Shown: positions 1 through 9,324 of the stretch, piece by piece
Position numbering within the stretch: the stretch's first letter is position 1
Layout of the letters: every line of letters begins with the position of its first letter
Made by a program: the position numbers and the translations under genes
The notes under the pieces: model-generated
Told to the model about the DNA's origin: nothing
Seen by the model: the letters and a program-made list of their open reading frames with translations, nothing else
Database searches by the model: none
Source: Armatimonadota bacterium
GTDB lineage: Bacteria > Armatimonadota > UBA5829 > DSUL01
Reading direction: 5' to 3'
Length of the DNA: 64,000 bases
Assembly: GCA_039811685.1 (NCBI GenBank)
Contig: JBDHZC010000004.1
Coordinates: forward strand, 96,001-160,000

Positions 1-2501
1 GACACGCTCATCCGTATCTCTATGGTCTTGATTCCGGAAGCATCAATGCCGGAAAGGGGGAAATACAATCCCGGGTCGTTGTTGATGGAGACTCCCTGTA
101 GCGTCCCATCGCGTACTCCAAAGTCTCTGATATTCTGGGATATTACCCCCGGGTTAGACTTTTTGAACTCCCAGAACGTGATCTTCGGAGGTTGGGGCAG
201 GTCGTACGGACCAAGCCCGACATCCTGTGGGGTCAGGTCTGTGTGAGGCTCCTTTGCGTCGGAGAAAACTTGCCGGATTGCGTCAAGATATCCAAACCCC
301 CATTCGCGATGGGGCTCGATATAGTCGCCTTCTCCGAGCTCGTTCCAGGCTTCAATGAAAACAATCTTCTTGCCGCCCAGCTTTCTCCTTGCAGGCGCAT
401 CTTCAAAGCCCCTGGCATTCTCCAGCATCTTTTCGAAGAGCTGCGGAGTCTTTCCGGTGCGCACCCGGTCCTTGTCGCCATGCCACGGGCGAGAGTCCCA
501 TCCGGGCTCCGTCACTGGAATGTAAGGAATGGACGCCATCTCATCAATCTGCTTCCAGTAGTCAGGGTAGGCGTCCACCATGTCCGCGTATGGCGCCACC
601 CGGTTGCCATTAGACCCTGCCGGCGGGTAGTTGTAGCCGCTCAGGGCGTCGTAGCCTTCCTGCTCCATCTGCCAGATGGCATCCTTTTCCGGGTAGGTGC
701 AGGCGACGAAATACAACCCTGCCAGACCAGCTTTCCGGCACATCTCGCGGGAGTGCTCCAGGGCTTTGCGAGTGCTCTCGCGCCCCATGTCCTCAGTGAA
801 ACGCCCTGGCGAGAAGATGACCACTACAGGCTTTCCGTCTATCTTCAGGTATTCGCTTCGCTTGAAGTAGTTATCAATCCAGTACTGCGTGACAGCTTCC
901 ATATCCTCAGGAGAGGAGCTGCCGGGCGGGTTGTGGTTCGCCCAGAGCAGGCAGAACTTCATCATGTCGCGGTAGCGCGCTTTGAAAAAGCCGTCGTGCA
1001 GAGCGTGATCCAGCTTGCGCTCCCCTGCCGACCAGTACCAGTCGTAAATCCAGAACCCGATGCCGTGCTCAACAGCCCACTTGATCTGCCAGTCCGCCAC
1101 TTCCGGGTCGCCTTCCCTGTAGTAGCCCAGCACCGGCCGGCGCTCGGGAAACTGATCGAGCACGCTCCATCGGCCATAGGTATGCCATCCGGGGAAGTAG
1201 TAACAGCCGACCAGATAATCGCCTGTAGAGACGGGTTTAGGTGTGGGGACGTATTCCATTTTTCCTCGTAGATTCTTTGGAAGCTCCGGCTGAACGCACA
1301 GTCTGAAATCAGTCTTTGTGCCAGAGACTATGCGGATACTCTGCGTTCCCGCTTCTGTCGCCCTGAGCGTCCATTCTTTTTCAGCCGTCTCTCCAGGTTT
1401 GAGGGCTCTAACAGTCAGTGTTGGCGCCAGACACGCTATGCCCCCCTCAGGCTTTACTGTCGCGCTTGTGACCGGTGACGGTTCCCCGCCCGCATTCTCA
1501 AAGAGCGCCCGCAGTTTGAAGCTGCTTCCCTTGCGCACAAGCGTCGCATCTGTCCACGCCCGCACCAGGCGCACGTCTGCGGGGCCCCTACGGGAGTCCG
1601 AAAATGTCACGCTCTTGAGTCTGATGGCAGATCCGGGATCGGCCGTTGGTGAGAGTCCCACCGCAATAATCCGTCCGGACCAGCCGTCTTCTGGCGACAG
1701 CTTGACGTTGTAGGTATGAGCTTTGCCGTCCGCTACCACAGCAAAAGCCTTGCTCCGCACTCCCAGCTTCTCTGGCGTGGCCCACACAATCTGCGCCGCG
1801 TTCACACCCTGCGCCGTCATCACGACGGTCGCCCACGGCCTTGACCTGGCTTCAAAATCTACCGGCGGCGCCAGCAGAAGCGCTGTTCGCGCTTCCAGTT
1901 GCGCGCGCCAGCCGGATTCATAGGGCGTACCCTTCGCCTCAGATGCCGCTATCCACCCATCTGCAGTGCCCCGGAAGCTCCACGACGGTTCGCGTCGCGA
2001 AGCTTCTGATGCCGCCACTTGCACAACCTTTACAGCCCTGATCGTAAACGTGGAGCGAACGCGGTCTGGAGGGTCCAGGCGCAACTGAACGATCTTGCCC
2101 ATAGCCTGCCAGAATGGAAATATCCGATACGTGCGAAATTCTCCGGGGCGACTGTAGAAGTTGGTTACGGCTTGAGGCTGAAAGCCCTGATACTGCCCCT
2201 GAGTTGTGTTTGCCCAGAAAAGTTGCCACTCACCCGCAGTGTCCGTGCGCATCTCGATCTCGACATATTGCGTAGCTTTGGCCGGAATCTCCAGACCCGT
2301 AACAACCAGCTTCGGGTCCTTTCCAGGCGTTTTGCCTGCCAGCCCCTGGGGAGTCGCCAGGAAGTCACTGACATCCTCACTCGCCTTCCACTCCATTTTT
2401 GAGCGATTGCGAGCGAAATCCCAGCTCTTGATGACAGAGACATCTGCCGCGCAGCGGCTCGCCAGGATGAGCGCCGCAAGGAACACCAACTTACGCACCA
2501 T
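1..2501 (-). CDS. Secreted multidomain glycoside hydrolase family 99-like / WbsX-family protein (3' end runs off window)
   Basis: Hand-translated minus-strand frame, open from ATG at 2501 to the window edge: signal peptide MVRKLVFLAALILASRCAA; catalytic-like region YYFPGWH...PVLGYY.EGDPEVADWQIKWAVEHGIGFWIYDWYW...FCLLWANHN...PGWDSRPW...IEAWNELGEG. Absent from the ORF track because it has no stop in the window. Confidence 0.85.
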   Translation of the reverse strand, partial: MVRKLVFLAALILASRCAADVSVIKSWDFARNRSKMEWKASEDVSDFLATPQGLAGKTPGKDPKLVVTGLEIPAKATQYVEIEMRTDTAGEWQLFWANTTQGQYQGFQPQAVTNFYSRPGEFRTYRIFPFWQAMGKIVQLRLDPPDRVRSTFTIRAVKVVQVAASEASRREPSWSFRGTADGWIAASEAKGTPYESGWRAQLEARTALLLAPPVDFEARSRPWATVVMTAQGVNAAQIVWATPEKLGVRSKAFAVVADGKAHTYNVKLSPEDGWSGRIIAVGLSPTADPGSAIRLKSVTFSDSRRGPADVRLVRAWTDATLVRKGSSFKLRALFENAGGEPSPVTSATVKPEGGIACLAPTLTVRALKPGETAEKEWTLRATEAGTQSIRIVSGTKTDFRLCVQPELPKNLRGKMEYVPTPKPVSTGDYLVGCYYFPGWHTYGRWSVLDQFPERRPVLGYYREGDPEVADWQIKWAVEHGIGFWIYDWYWSAGERKLDHALHDGFFKARYRDMMKFCLLWANHNPPGSSSPEDMEAVTQYWIDNYFKRSEYLKIDGKPVVVIFSPGRFTEDMGRESTRKALEHSREMCRKAGLAGLYFVACTYPEKDAIWQMEQEGYDALSGYNYPPAGSNGNRVAPYADMVDAYPDYWKQIDEMASIPYIPVTEPGWDSRPWHGDKDRVRTGKTPQLFEKMLENARGFEDAPARRKLGGKKIVFIEAWNELGEGDYIEPHREWGFGYLDAIRQVFSDAKEPHTDLTPQDVGLGPYDLPQPPKITFWEFKKSNPGVISQNIRDFGVRDGTLQGVSINNDPGLYFPLSGIDASGIKTIEIRMSV

Positions 2502-2573
2502 GCCGCGATTATAGCGTACTGCACGGCATAAGGATAGCGCTGAGGGTTGGCGCGGGATGAGGAGGAAGGAATG

Positions 2574-2649
2574 TGGTACCCCCGAAGGGAATCGAACCCT
2601 CGATCTCCTGGCTGAGAACCAGGCATGTTAACCGCTACACCACGGGGGC
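2574..2649 (-). tRNA. tRNA-Glu (anticodon CTC)
   Basis: Reverse complement GCCCCCG TG GTGT AGCGGTTA ACAT G CCTGG TTCTCAG CCAGG AGATC GAGGG TTCGATT CCCTT CGGGGGT A CCA gives a full cloverleaf with encoded CCA. Confidence 0.97.
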
Positions 2650-2666
2650 GAAATGCCGCGCGCCCT

Positions 2667-2696
2667 ATTGTAACCGCACTACAGAGCAGTTGACAA
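2667..2696 (-). promoter_or_regulatory. Sigma70-type promoter for tRNA-Glu
   Basis: TTGTCA-18 bp-TACAAT followed by a GC-rich discriminator (AGGGCGCGCGGC), typical of stable-RNA promoters. Confidence 0.6.
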
Positions 2697-2716
2697 CATC
2701 CGCGCGTGACCAGTAC

Positions 2717-2919
2717 AAAAACGCGCCCCGCCTGTACCGTGAGTCCTCGAGTTTTAGAACCCTCCAAAAAATGGAGGGGCCCCGGAGTCGGCGTTCTGTG
2801 CCACCACTTCCCCGATTAAGAGGGTGGTCTCCACGCCACCGAGTCACGTGGGCTCCTAGAATGCTAGGTTGTCGGCTCAAAACCCGTCGGACTTAACACG
2901 TATACCGCAGGGCGGTTTT
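2717..2919 (-). ncRNA. ssrS: 6S RNA
   Basis: Roughly 200-nt rod. 5' CGCCCTGC/GTAT/CGTG/AGTCC/CGGGTTTT/GAGCC pairs with 3' GGTTC/AAAACTCG/GGACT/CACG/GTAC/GCGGGGCG. Has a central bubble. UGAGCCGA, GGAGCCC and GGGUUC echo the E. coli and B. subtilis 6S sequences. Confidence 0.85.
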
Positions 2920-2987
2920 CTCGTATCAAAACGATAACCCTGGAACTCATCAGGCACTGTTCCTGATGCGCTCTTCGGACCAGTTCC

Positions 2988-3016
2988 ATGTTACCACGTA
3001 CAGTCGGCTTTATCAA
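2988..3016 (-). promoter_or_regulatory. Sigma70-type promoter upstream of 6S RNA
   Basis: TTGATA-17 bp-TAACAT with extended -10 (TGn). Confidence 0.6.
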
Positions 3017-3124
3017 TCATTTTGCAGCACTTCGACTAGCGCTTCCAGGTCGTCCCCAGGGCGGTTTGAAAGGGCGATATTGGAGCCTGAACAGCAGATA
3101 TGCAAACTGTCCTGGAATTCTTGT

Positions 3125-4201
3125 TCACAGGAGGTGTTTGCCAGTCGCCTCTTCGTAGATCGCGAGGACGTTTGCAAGGGGCGTGTCTGGCTGAATGCAG
3201 TGCGCAGGCGCGAAAATGTAGCCGCCGTCCCGGCCAATCACGTCGAGTCTGTGCCGCGCCTCGCGGCGGCAGTCATCCACGCTTCCATGCGGCAGCGTCT
3301 GCTGGGTGCTGATCATCCCGCAAAACGTCAGATGCTCTCCACTGGCCGCCTTGACCTCTTCCGGATCCATTCCCACAGGCTCCGGCTGCACAGCATCCAG
3401 AATGTCCAGGCCCATATCAATCAGCCGGGGTTGCAGGAGCCGCGTTGAGCCGCAGGAATGCATCATTGCAAGCGCGCCGTAGTCGTGAGCCAGACTGATG
3501 AACTTCTCCAGGCGCGGGCGGAAAAACTTGTCAAACATCTCCGGGCTCATGGTTGGTCCTTTCTGTGTACCGATGTCCTCGCCAATGCAGAGAATATCAA
3601 TCTTACCCGCTCCGGCCTCCAGGCTGCGCCTGCACCATTCGTAGAAGAAGTCCACGCGCCGGTCAATGATAGCGATGCCAACCTCATCCTCGGTCGCGAT
3701 GTCCACCAGCACCTGCTCCATGCCTCGCCCGCGCCCGACCCCGTTGATAATATCGGGAATCCCCGCGTGCCCCAGACACACCGCGTAGTCCTTCACACCT
3801 TCGATCTGCTGCGGGATGACCGAGTAGTCCCAGTCGTCCGGATCAGGCCACGCGTACTTCTCGGCATCGTCCATTGTCTCCACGCGCGCCAGCGCCAGAT
3901 CCACTGCTTCCGGATACTCTCCACCGGCGTTGTTTGCAACAAGAGCGTACCCTGTCCCCCACTCATCGTACCAGGCGATGTGACTTCCCGGCTCCGCCTG
4001 CCGGTTTGCTCTGCGCGACGCCGGACTAACGGTGCGCATGTCCACCTCGAGGGCGTCAATGTAGCTCCTGGGGGCGAAGTACTCCTGCAGGGCCCGGTCT
4101 ATCTCCGGAGTGACATAAATCTGAATCGGGGCGCGGTCCGCCGGGGTTCTTTCAACCGCTGCTACAACTCGTTGCTTACTGGTTACCGTATCGGTTGGCA
4201 T
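3125..4201 (-). CDS. Uroporphyrinogen decarboxylase (URO-D)/MtaA-CmuA methyltransferase family protein
   Basis: DEWG, RGMEQ, GEDIGTQKG..MSP, MHSCG, QPE, FCGMISTQ, GGYIFAPAH.IQPDTP..N motifs; GGAG upstream of the ATG at 4201. Confidence 0.85.
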   Translation of the reverse strand: MPTDTVTSKQRVVAAVERTPADRAPIQIYVTPEIDRALQEYFAPRSYIDALEVDMRTVSPASRRANRQAEPGSHIAWYDEWGTGYALVANNAGGEYPEAVDLALARVETMDDAEKYAWPDPDDWDYSVIPQQIEGVKDYAVCLGHAGIPDIINGVGRGRGMEQVLVDIATEDEVGIAIIDRRVDFFYEWCRRSLEAGAGKIDILCIGEDIGTQKGPTMSPEMFDKFFRPRLEKFISLAHDYGALAMMHSCGSTRLLQPRLIDMGLDILDAVQPEPVGMDPEEVKAASGEHLTFCGMISTQQTLPHGSVDDCRREARHRLDVIGRDGGYIFAPAHCIQPDTPLANVLAIYEEATGKHLL

Positions 4202-4331
4202 GGCCTGAGCTCCTCTCCAATCAGTTCTGCGCATGCGCGCTCGCGCCCTGCCTCTCACCGATGCCTTGAAGCAAGCGGGCAGATCAGGTCTCTATACCAC
4301 AAGGGGAAGTGGGAAAACAGGAGGATCAGCA

Positions 4332-5222
4332 ATGACTAGTCGATGGATGAAGCACTCCGCAGCCGCTCTGGTTGTGGTGGCCTTGGGAGCGGCAATGCTA
4401 TTGCGGGTTGACAAGCAGCCAGAGAGGCATGCCCCCGAGCCGCCAATGAGTGTAGCATCGAGGCGCACTGCCGTCGTGGATCGCCCTGCCGAGGCGCTCA
4501 CTCAGGCAGAGGCTATGCACTGGTACCGGCTGTGGCCATCTCCGGCGCAGCGAATGGTCATCAGCACAGCCGACCTGACCGTCAAAGTAAGAAATGTGCC
4601 GCAGGCGATTGAAGAGATGACTTCTGCGGTGAGACAGGCGGGCGGATATATAAGTGAGTCCAGTGAATCTCGCCACAGCAGCAAAGGAAGCGGCCGCATA
4701 ACAGTGCGGGCGCCTGTCAAGGCGTACGGACGTATTCTTGAGGGGATTGGACGACTGGGCAAGATCGTCAGCAAAGATGAGCGATGCGAGGATGTGACCG
4801 AGGAATACGTGGACATTCAGTCACGGCTCCGCAACCTGAGCCACGAAGAGGAGGCTTTTCTGAGAGTCCTTCACCAGGCTCGAAAGGTAACGGATATCCT
4901 GGCCGTTGAACGGGAGCTCTCTCGTGTGCGAGGTGAGATCGAAGCCGTCACCGGCAGAATAAAGTATCTGCAAAACCAGATTTCTCTAGCGACGATTAAC
5001 GTGTCGTTCTATGCCACCTCAACGCCCGTAAGGCCAGGATGGCCGGTGTCCTGGAATTTCGCTTCGCCGGCCGCAAATGCAGTTCACGCGCTTGGTCTGG
5101 TTGTCCACAAGCTTGTGACAGCAGGAATCTGGCTAGCGGTGTTCAGTCCGCTCTGGGGCGGGGCGGCGCTTGGAGTTCGCGGAGCCTGGCGCTCGCGACG
5201 GGGCGCTGCTGCTCAGGTTTGA
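4332..5222 (+). CDS. DUF4349 domain membrane protein
   Basis: AGGAGGA RBS; N-terminal hydrophobic segment; GGYI, EDVTEEYVDIQSRL and DILAVERELSRVRGEIE motifs; C-terminal TM helix. Confidence 0.85.
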   Translation: MTSRWMKHSAAALVVVALGAAMLLRVDKQPERHAPEPPMSVASRRTAVVDRPAEALTQAEAMHWYRLWPSPAQRMVISTADLTVKVRNVPQAIEEMTSAVRQAGGYISESSESRHSSKGSGRITVRAPVKAYGRILEGIGRLGKIVSKDERCEDVTEEYVDIQSRLRNLSHEEEAFLRVLHQARKVTDILAVERELSRVRGEIEAVTGRIKYLQNQISLATINVSFYATSTPVRPGWPVSWNFASPAANAVHALGLVVHKLVTAGIWLAVFSPLWGGAALGVRGAWRSRRGAAAQV

Positions 5223-5632
5223 GTCTTAACGTACCCTTCAAACACTTCAACAGCAGCGAACAGCGCATTTTGAGCGCACTGAAATCCACCGTAGAGCGCC
5301 ATCTGAATGATCACCTCTACAATCTGCTGCTGAGTAACGCCAACATTCAACGCGCCGTTGATGTGCGCCTTCAGTTGACGCTCGCCGTTGCCAAGCACGG
5401 TCAGGGCGGCGATCGTCGTCAACTGTCGTGTATGCAGGTCAAGGCCAGGGCGCGTGTAGATATCGCCATAGGCGAACTCTGTGGTGAGACGCTCAAAGTC
5501 CGGACACACTTCTCGAAGCCGCTCCATCACCTTCTGCCCGATGCCCTTGTGGATTTCGTTGAGTCTGGCCAGGCCGCGCTGGTAGCGCTCCTGTTCATCT
5601 GTCATTCTTTCCGTCTCGTTACCACCTTCCAT
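5213..5632 (-). CDS. Carboxymuconolactone decarboxylase family protein
   Basis: EFAYGDIYTRPGLD..TRQLTTIAAL..LG...QLKAHINGALNVG...IIQMALYGGF; the start may be the ATG at 5605. Confidence 0.9.
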   Translation of the reverse strand: MEGGNETERMTDEQERYQRGLARLNEIHKGIGQKVMERLREVCPDFERLTTEFAYGDIYTRPGLDLHTRQLTTIAALTVLGNGERQLKAHINGALNVGVTQQQIVEVIIQMALYGGFQCAQNALFAAVEVFEGYVKTQT

Positions 5633-5651
5633 TAGCGAAGACCATTATAAC

Positions 5652-5683
5652 AAAAGAGCCTCGAGAAGTATTCCCGAGGCTCT
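5652..5683 (-). terminator. Intrinsic terminator after clpB
   Basis: GAGCCTCG/CGAGGCTC hairpin followed by TTTTG on the minus strand. Confidence 0.65.
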
Positions 5684-5708
5684 CGTCGTCGCAGACGCTC
5701 GTGCGGAA

Positions 5709-8312
5709 TTACTCTACAACATCAGCCGTCACGACCCGTTCGAACGTGAACTCACCGCTTTCACTCACATCTACTCTCACAGTGTCACCGTCGCCAAACT
5801 CACCCTGCAGCACTCGCAGCGCAAGAGGATTTTGAATTGACCTCTGAATGACACGCTTGAGCGGTCGCGCTCCATAGGCCGGGTCAAAGCCCTCCCTGGC
5901 CAGCTCCAGTTTCGCTGCGTCCGTCAGTTCAATCTTCAAGCCGCGCCCCTCCAGCAGTGTCTCCAGATGTCTGAGTTGTATCTCAACAATGCGCTTGATG
6001 TGCTCGGCGCTCAGGGTGTTGAAAACGACAATCTCATCCACCCTGTTCAGAAATTCGGGACGGAAATGCTCTCGCAAAGCCAGCATCACGTTTTGTACCG
6101 CTTCTTCGCGGTCGACTGTCGGGTCGCCCAGATAGGCGCTTCCGAGATTACTGGTCATAATGATGACCGTATTCTTGAAGTCCACCGTGCGGCCCTGACC
6201 GTCTGTCAGCCGCCCGTCATCCAGTATCTGAAGCAGCACGTTGAAGACGTCCGGGTGAGCTTTCTCGATCTCATCGAACAGGACCACGCTGTACGGGCGC
6301 CGCCGGACAGCCTCTGTGAGGTAGCCGCCCTCTTCATAGCCCACATATCCCGGAGGCGCTCCGATCAGCCTGGCGACGGAGTGCTTCTCCATGAACTCGG
6401 ACATGTCAATACGCGTCATTGCCCGCTCGTCATCGAACAGAAACTCCGCCAGCGCCCGCGCCAGCTCTGTCTTTCCGACTCCGGTCGGCCCGAGGAACAT
6501 GAAGCTGCCAATTGGGCGGTTCGGGTCCTGGAGGCCGGCTCTTGCGCGCCGCACGGCGTTGGAGACCGCTTCCAGGGCGTCCTCCTGGCCGATGACCCGC
6601 TCGCGCAGCCGGCTCTCCATGTGAATGAGCTTTTCAACTTCGCCCTCAATCAGCTTGCTGACCGGAATGCCGGTCCACTTGCTGACGACCTCAGCGATGT
6701 CTTCCTCATCCACCTCTTCCTTCAGCATTTTTTGCGACGACTGAAGATCCGCAAGCCGCGCGTTCTGCTCTTCAAGCGTCTTCTGAAGCTCCAGCATCCG
6801 GCCGTAGCGTATCTGTGCGGCCTTGCCGAGGTCTCCCGCTCTCTCTGCAGCCTGCTCTTCTGTCTTTGCATTTTCAATGTCCTGTTTTGTCTGGCGGATA
6901 GAGCCGATCGCTTCCTTCTCCGAATGCCAGTGCGCCTTCATGGCGCTTGACTGCTCCTGTAGAGCGGCCAACTCTTCGTCCAACCTTGCAAGGCGCTCTT
7001 TGGACGCCTTGTCAGTCTCCTTGCGCAGCGCCTCCCGCTCAATCTCAAGCTGGCGCATCCTGCGCTCCACCACGTCAATCTCCTGGGGCATGCTGTCAAT
7101 CTCGATGCGCAGGCGGGACGCCGCTTCATCCACAAGGTCAATCGCCTTGTCCGGCAGAAACCGGTCCGCAATGTACCTGTGGGAAAGCACTGCCGCCGCC
7201 ACCAGCGCGGAGTCCTGAATCCGGACGCCGTGATGAACCTCGTAGCGCTCCTTCAATCCGCGCAAAATCGCAATCGTATCATCCACCGACGGCTCACCGA
7301 CGTACACAGGCTGGAATCTGCGCTCAAGCGCCGCGTCCTTCTCCACATACTTCCGGTATTCATCCAGCGTCGTGGCGCCAACGCATCGAAGCTCACCGCG
7401 CGCCAGCATCGGCTTCAGCAGGTTGGAGGCGTCCACAGCGCCTTCTGCCGCTCCCGCGCCCACAATCGTGTGCATCTCATCAATGAACAGAATGACCTCG
7501 CCCTGAGCCTCGCTGATCTCCTTCAGCACCGCCTTCAGGCGATCTTCAAACTCCCCGCGATACTTCGCTCCCGCAATCAGCGCCCCCATATCAAGCGCCA
7601 CAACCCGCTTGTTCTTCAGCCCTTCAGGGACGTCACCAGCCACCACCCGCTGCGCCAGGCCTTCGACAATCGCCGTCTTTCCGACGCCAGGCTCTCCAAT
7701 CAAAACCGGATTGTTCTTGGTTCTTCGGCTGAGAACCTGGACCACGCGCCGTATCTCTTCATCGCGGCCAATAACTGGGTCCAGCTTGCCCTGCCTGGCG
7801 GACTGCGTCAGGTCGCGTCCGTAGCGCTCCAGCGCCTGATACTTCTCTTCCGGGTTCTGATCTGTCACTCTCTGGGAGCCCCTGACATCCGTCAAAGCCT
7901 TAAGAATGGCATCGCGCGTCAATCCGTGCTGACGAAGGATCCTTCCGGCGGCGTTCTTTGTGTCGTCCGCCAGCGCCAGCAGCAGATGCTCCGTGCTGAC
8001 GTACTCATCCCGCATCGCATCCGCGTCTTTGTCGGCCTTTTCCATTACGGCGGCCAGCCCTTGAGAGACCTGCGATTGCACTGCTCCTGAGACTTTGGGG
8101 AAGCGGCTGATTTCCTGATTTGCTTCGGCGATAATCTGATCCAGGCGAGCGCCAATCTTGTTGACGATCGCAGGCGCGACGCCCCCCTCCTGCTCTGCCA
8201 GCCCTACAAGCAGGTGCTCCGGCTCAATTCGCGGATTCCCCAGCTCGCCGGCCAGAGACTGCGCTTCGGCCAGCGCCTCCTGAGCTTTCAGGGTGAACTT
8301 ATCGATCCTCAT
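5709..8312 (-). CDS. clpB: ATP-dependent chaperone ClpB
   Basis: Two AAA+ modules ([16 protein letters not shown]), [11 protein letters not shown], long M-domain coiled coil, GARPLKR; GGAGG RBS before the ATG at 8312. Confidence 0.97.
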   Translation of the reverse strand: MRIDKFTLKAQEALAEAQSLAGELGNPRIEPEHLLVGLAEQEGGVAPAIVNKIGARLDQIIAEANQEISRFPKVSGAVQSQVSQGLAAVMEKADKDADAMRDEYVSTEHLLLALADDTKNAAGRILRQHGLTRDAILKALTDVRGSQRVTDQNPEEKYQALERYGRDLTQSARQGKLDPVIGRDEEIRRVVQVLSRRTKNNPVLIGEPGVGKTAIVEGLAQRVVAGDVPEGLKNKRVVALDMGALIAGAKYRGEFEDRLKAVLKEISEAQGEVILFIDEMHTIVGAGAAEGAVDASNLLKPMLARGELRCVGATTLDEYRKYVEKDAALERRFQPVYVGEPSVDDTIAILRGLKERYEVHHGVRIQDSALVAAAVLSHRYIADRFLPDKAIDLVDEAASRLRIEIDSMPQEIDVVERRMRQLEIEREALRKETDKASKERLARLDEELAALQEQSSAMKAHWHSEKEAIGSIRQTKQDIENAKTEEQAAERAGDLGKAAQIRYGRMLELQKTLEEQNARLADLQSSQKMLKEEVDEEDIAEVVSKWTGIPVSKLIEGEVEKLIHMESRLRERVIGQEDALEAVSNAVRRARAGLQDPNRPIGSFMFLGPTGVGKTELARALAEFLFDDERAMTRIDMSEFMEKHSVARLIGAPPGYVGYEEGGYLTEAVRRRPYSVVLFDEIEKAHPDVFNVLLQILDDGRLTDGQGRTVDFKNTVIIMTSNLGSAYLGDPTVDREEAVQNVMLALREHFRPEFLNRVDEIVVFNTLSAEHIKRIVEIQLRHLETLLEGRGLKIELTDAAKLELAREGFDPAYGARPLKRVIQRSIQNPLALRVLQGEFGDGDTVRVDVSESGEFTFERVVTADVVE

Positions 8313-8579
8313 AGACTTCCTCCAGTGGTTGAGCGCCGGGTTGAGACGCGCCCCGCACCGACCCATTCTACTTCTATTTTGCAGCTTAACTTAGTCATAT
8401 AGCTGTAGACAATATGAGTCTAGTGTTATCAACGTCTGGTCCATTCGCTGTGTTCCCGCACTCCCTTATCTTCCCCTGTTTACGACTGACTGTTTTCTGT
8501 TCTTTTCCCTGAAGTTGTGCCCAAAGACTCTCAAATGTCCCAAAGTCGCGATTTGAGCACAAAATATCTCACTTTGAGC

Positions 8580-8609
8580 TTGACAAGCGGAATTCCGGAT
8601 TACTAAAAT
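8580..8609 (+). promoter_or_regulatory. Sigma70-type promoter for DUF5679 gene/leader
   Basis: TTGACA-18 bp-TAAAAT. Confidence 0.6.
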
Positions 8610-8851
8610 GCTCGAACAGCGTGCGTGGAACCTCCATCGCGTTTTCCGGCGCGGCTTTTATTTCTAGAGAAAGCTATCGGCGGAGGTTGCGAACGGAGGA
8701 GTTCCAGCAGTTGCGCTGAACTCAACAGATAAGCGGGCGACCGCCCGCGCCGTATCTCAGCCTGACCGTGTGACTCAGACAGTTTTATGCGCACCGTTCG
8801 GGTTGCAGAATTGACCAGAGCTTTGTTGCTCAAACAGGAGGTGACTGAAAA

Positions 8852-8995
8852 ATGGAAGCTTATTGCGTTAAGTGCAAGGCAAAGCGCGAAGTGAAGAATC
8901 CGCAGCAGACGACGATGAAGAACGGAAAGCCGGCAACGACCGGGACATGCTCTGTTTGCGGCACGAAGGTGTTCAAGATCGGCGCCAGCAAGTAA
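8852..8995 (+). CDS. Small CxxC...CxxC zinc-ribbon protein, DUF5679-like (47 aa)
   Basis: MEAYCVKCKAKREVKNPQQTTMKNGKPATTGTCSVCGTKVFKIGASK*; strong AGGAGGTGA RBS; below the ORF-track size cutoff. Confidence 0.9.
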   Translation: MEAYCVKCKAKREVKNPQQTTMKNGKPATTGTCSVCGTKVFKIGASK

Positions 8996-9324
8996 GAGCG
9001 AGTTCATTCCCGGGCAAGCTGTCGTCCGCGCCCGGGTCTTGAATCTCACAGTTCACCGTTCAGGAGCGGGGCTGCTGCTGGTTGTTTCACTCCCCGCTCT
9101 TCTTCCTTCCTCCACTACCCCTGACTGCGGACACAGGCCGCTGCACCTTGACACAAATTTGGTGCCGCAGCGGCAGATATGGCACTATTCTATAGAGGCT
9201 GCTCGTCTACAGGACTAACGGACTCTGGGCTTGACGCCGGATCAACGGCGAGTCTCCTGAGTGTTGCATCTTCGCCCCGGAGCAAAGGCACAGCTCAAAT
9301 CGGCGCCACGGGAGGGTTTTCACC

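Noticed and set aside
192..1271. 359-aa plus-strand ORF and many other long antisense ORFs (e.g. 3458-4339, 5967-6950, 7179-8090, 34791-35768, 62891-63859)
   Set aside because: Shadows of real genes on the opposite strand in GC-rich DNA; no recognisable motifs or RBS.
2574..2649. tRNA as an integration site (genomic island or prophage)
   Set aside because: No integrase, no duplicated tRNA 3' end and no compositional shift within the window.
2915..2990. Hammerhead ribozyme (CUGAUGAG on the minus strand with a GAAA nearby)
   Set aside because: No stem II closing directly onto GAAA and no stem III/NUH site; CUGAUG is instead paired in a simple hairpin.
8768..8795. dif site (minus-strand GGTGCGCATAA equals the E. 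coli XerC arm)
   Set aside because: The normally better-conserved XerD arm is absent (CTGAGTCACAC vs TTATGTTAAAT).
8680..8800. Lysine, glycine or c-di-AMP riboswitch in the DUF5679 leader (GAGGTTGCGAAC, TCTCAG, GCTGAA fragments)
   Set aside because: Only isolated short words match; the other conserved core elements and spacing are missing.
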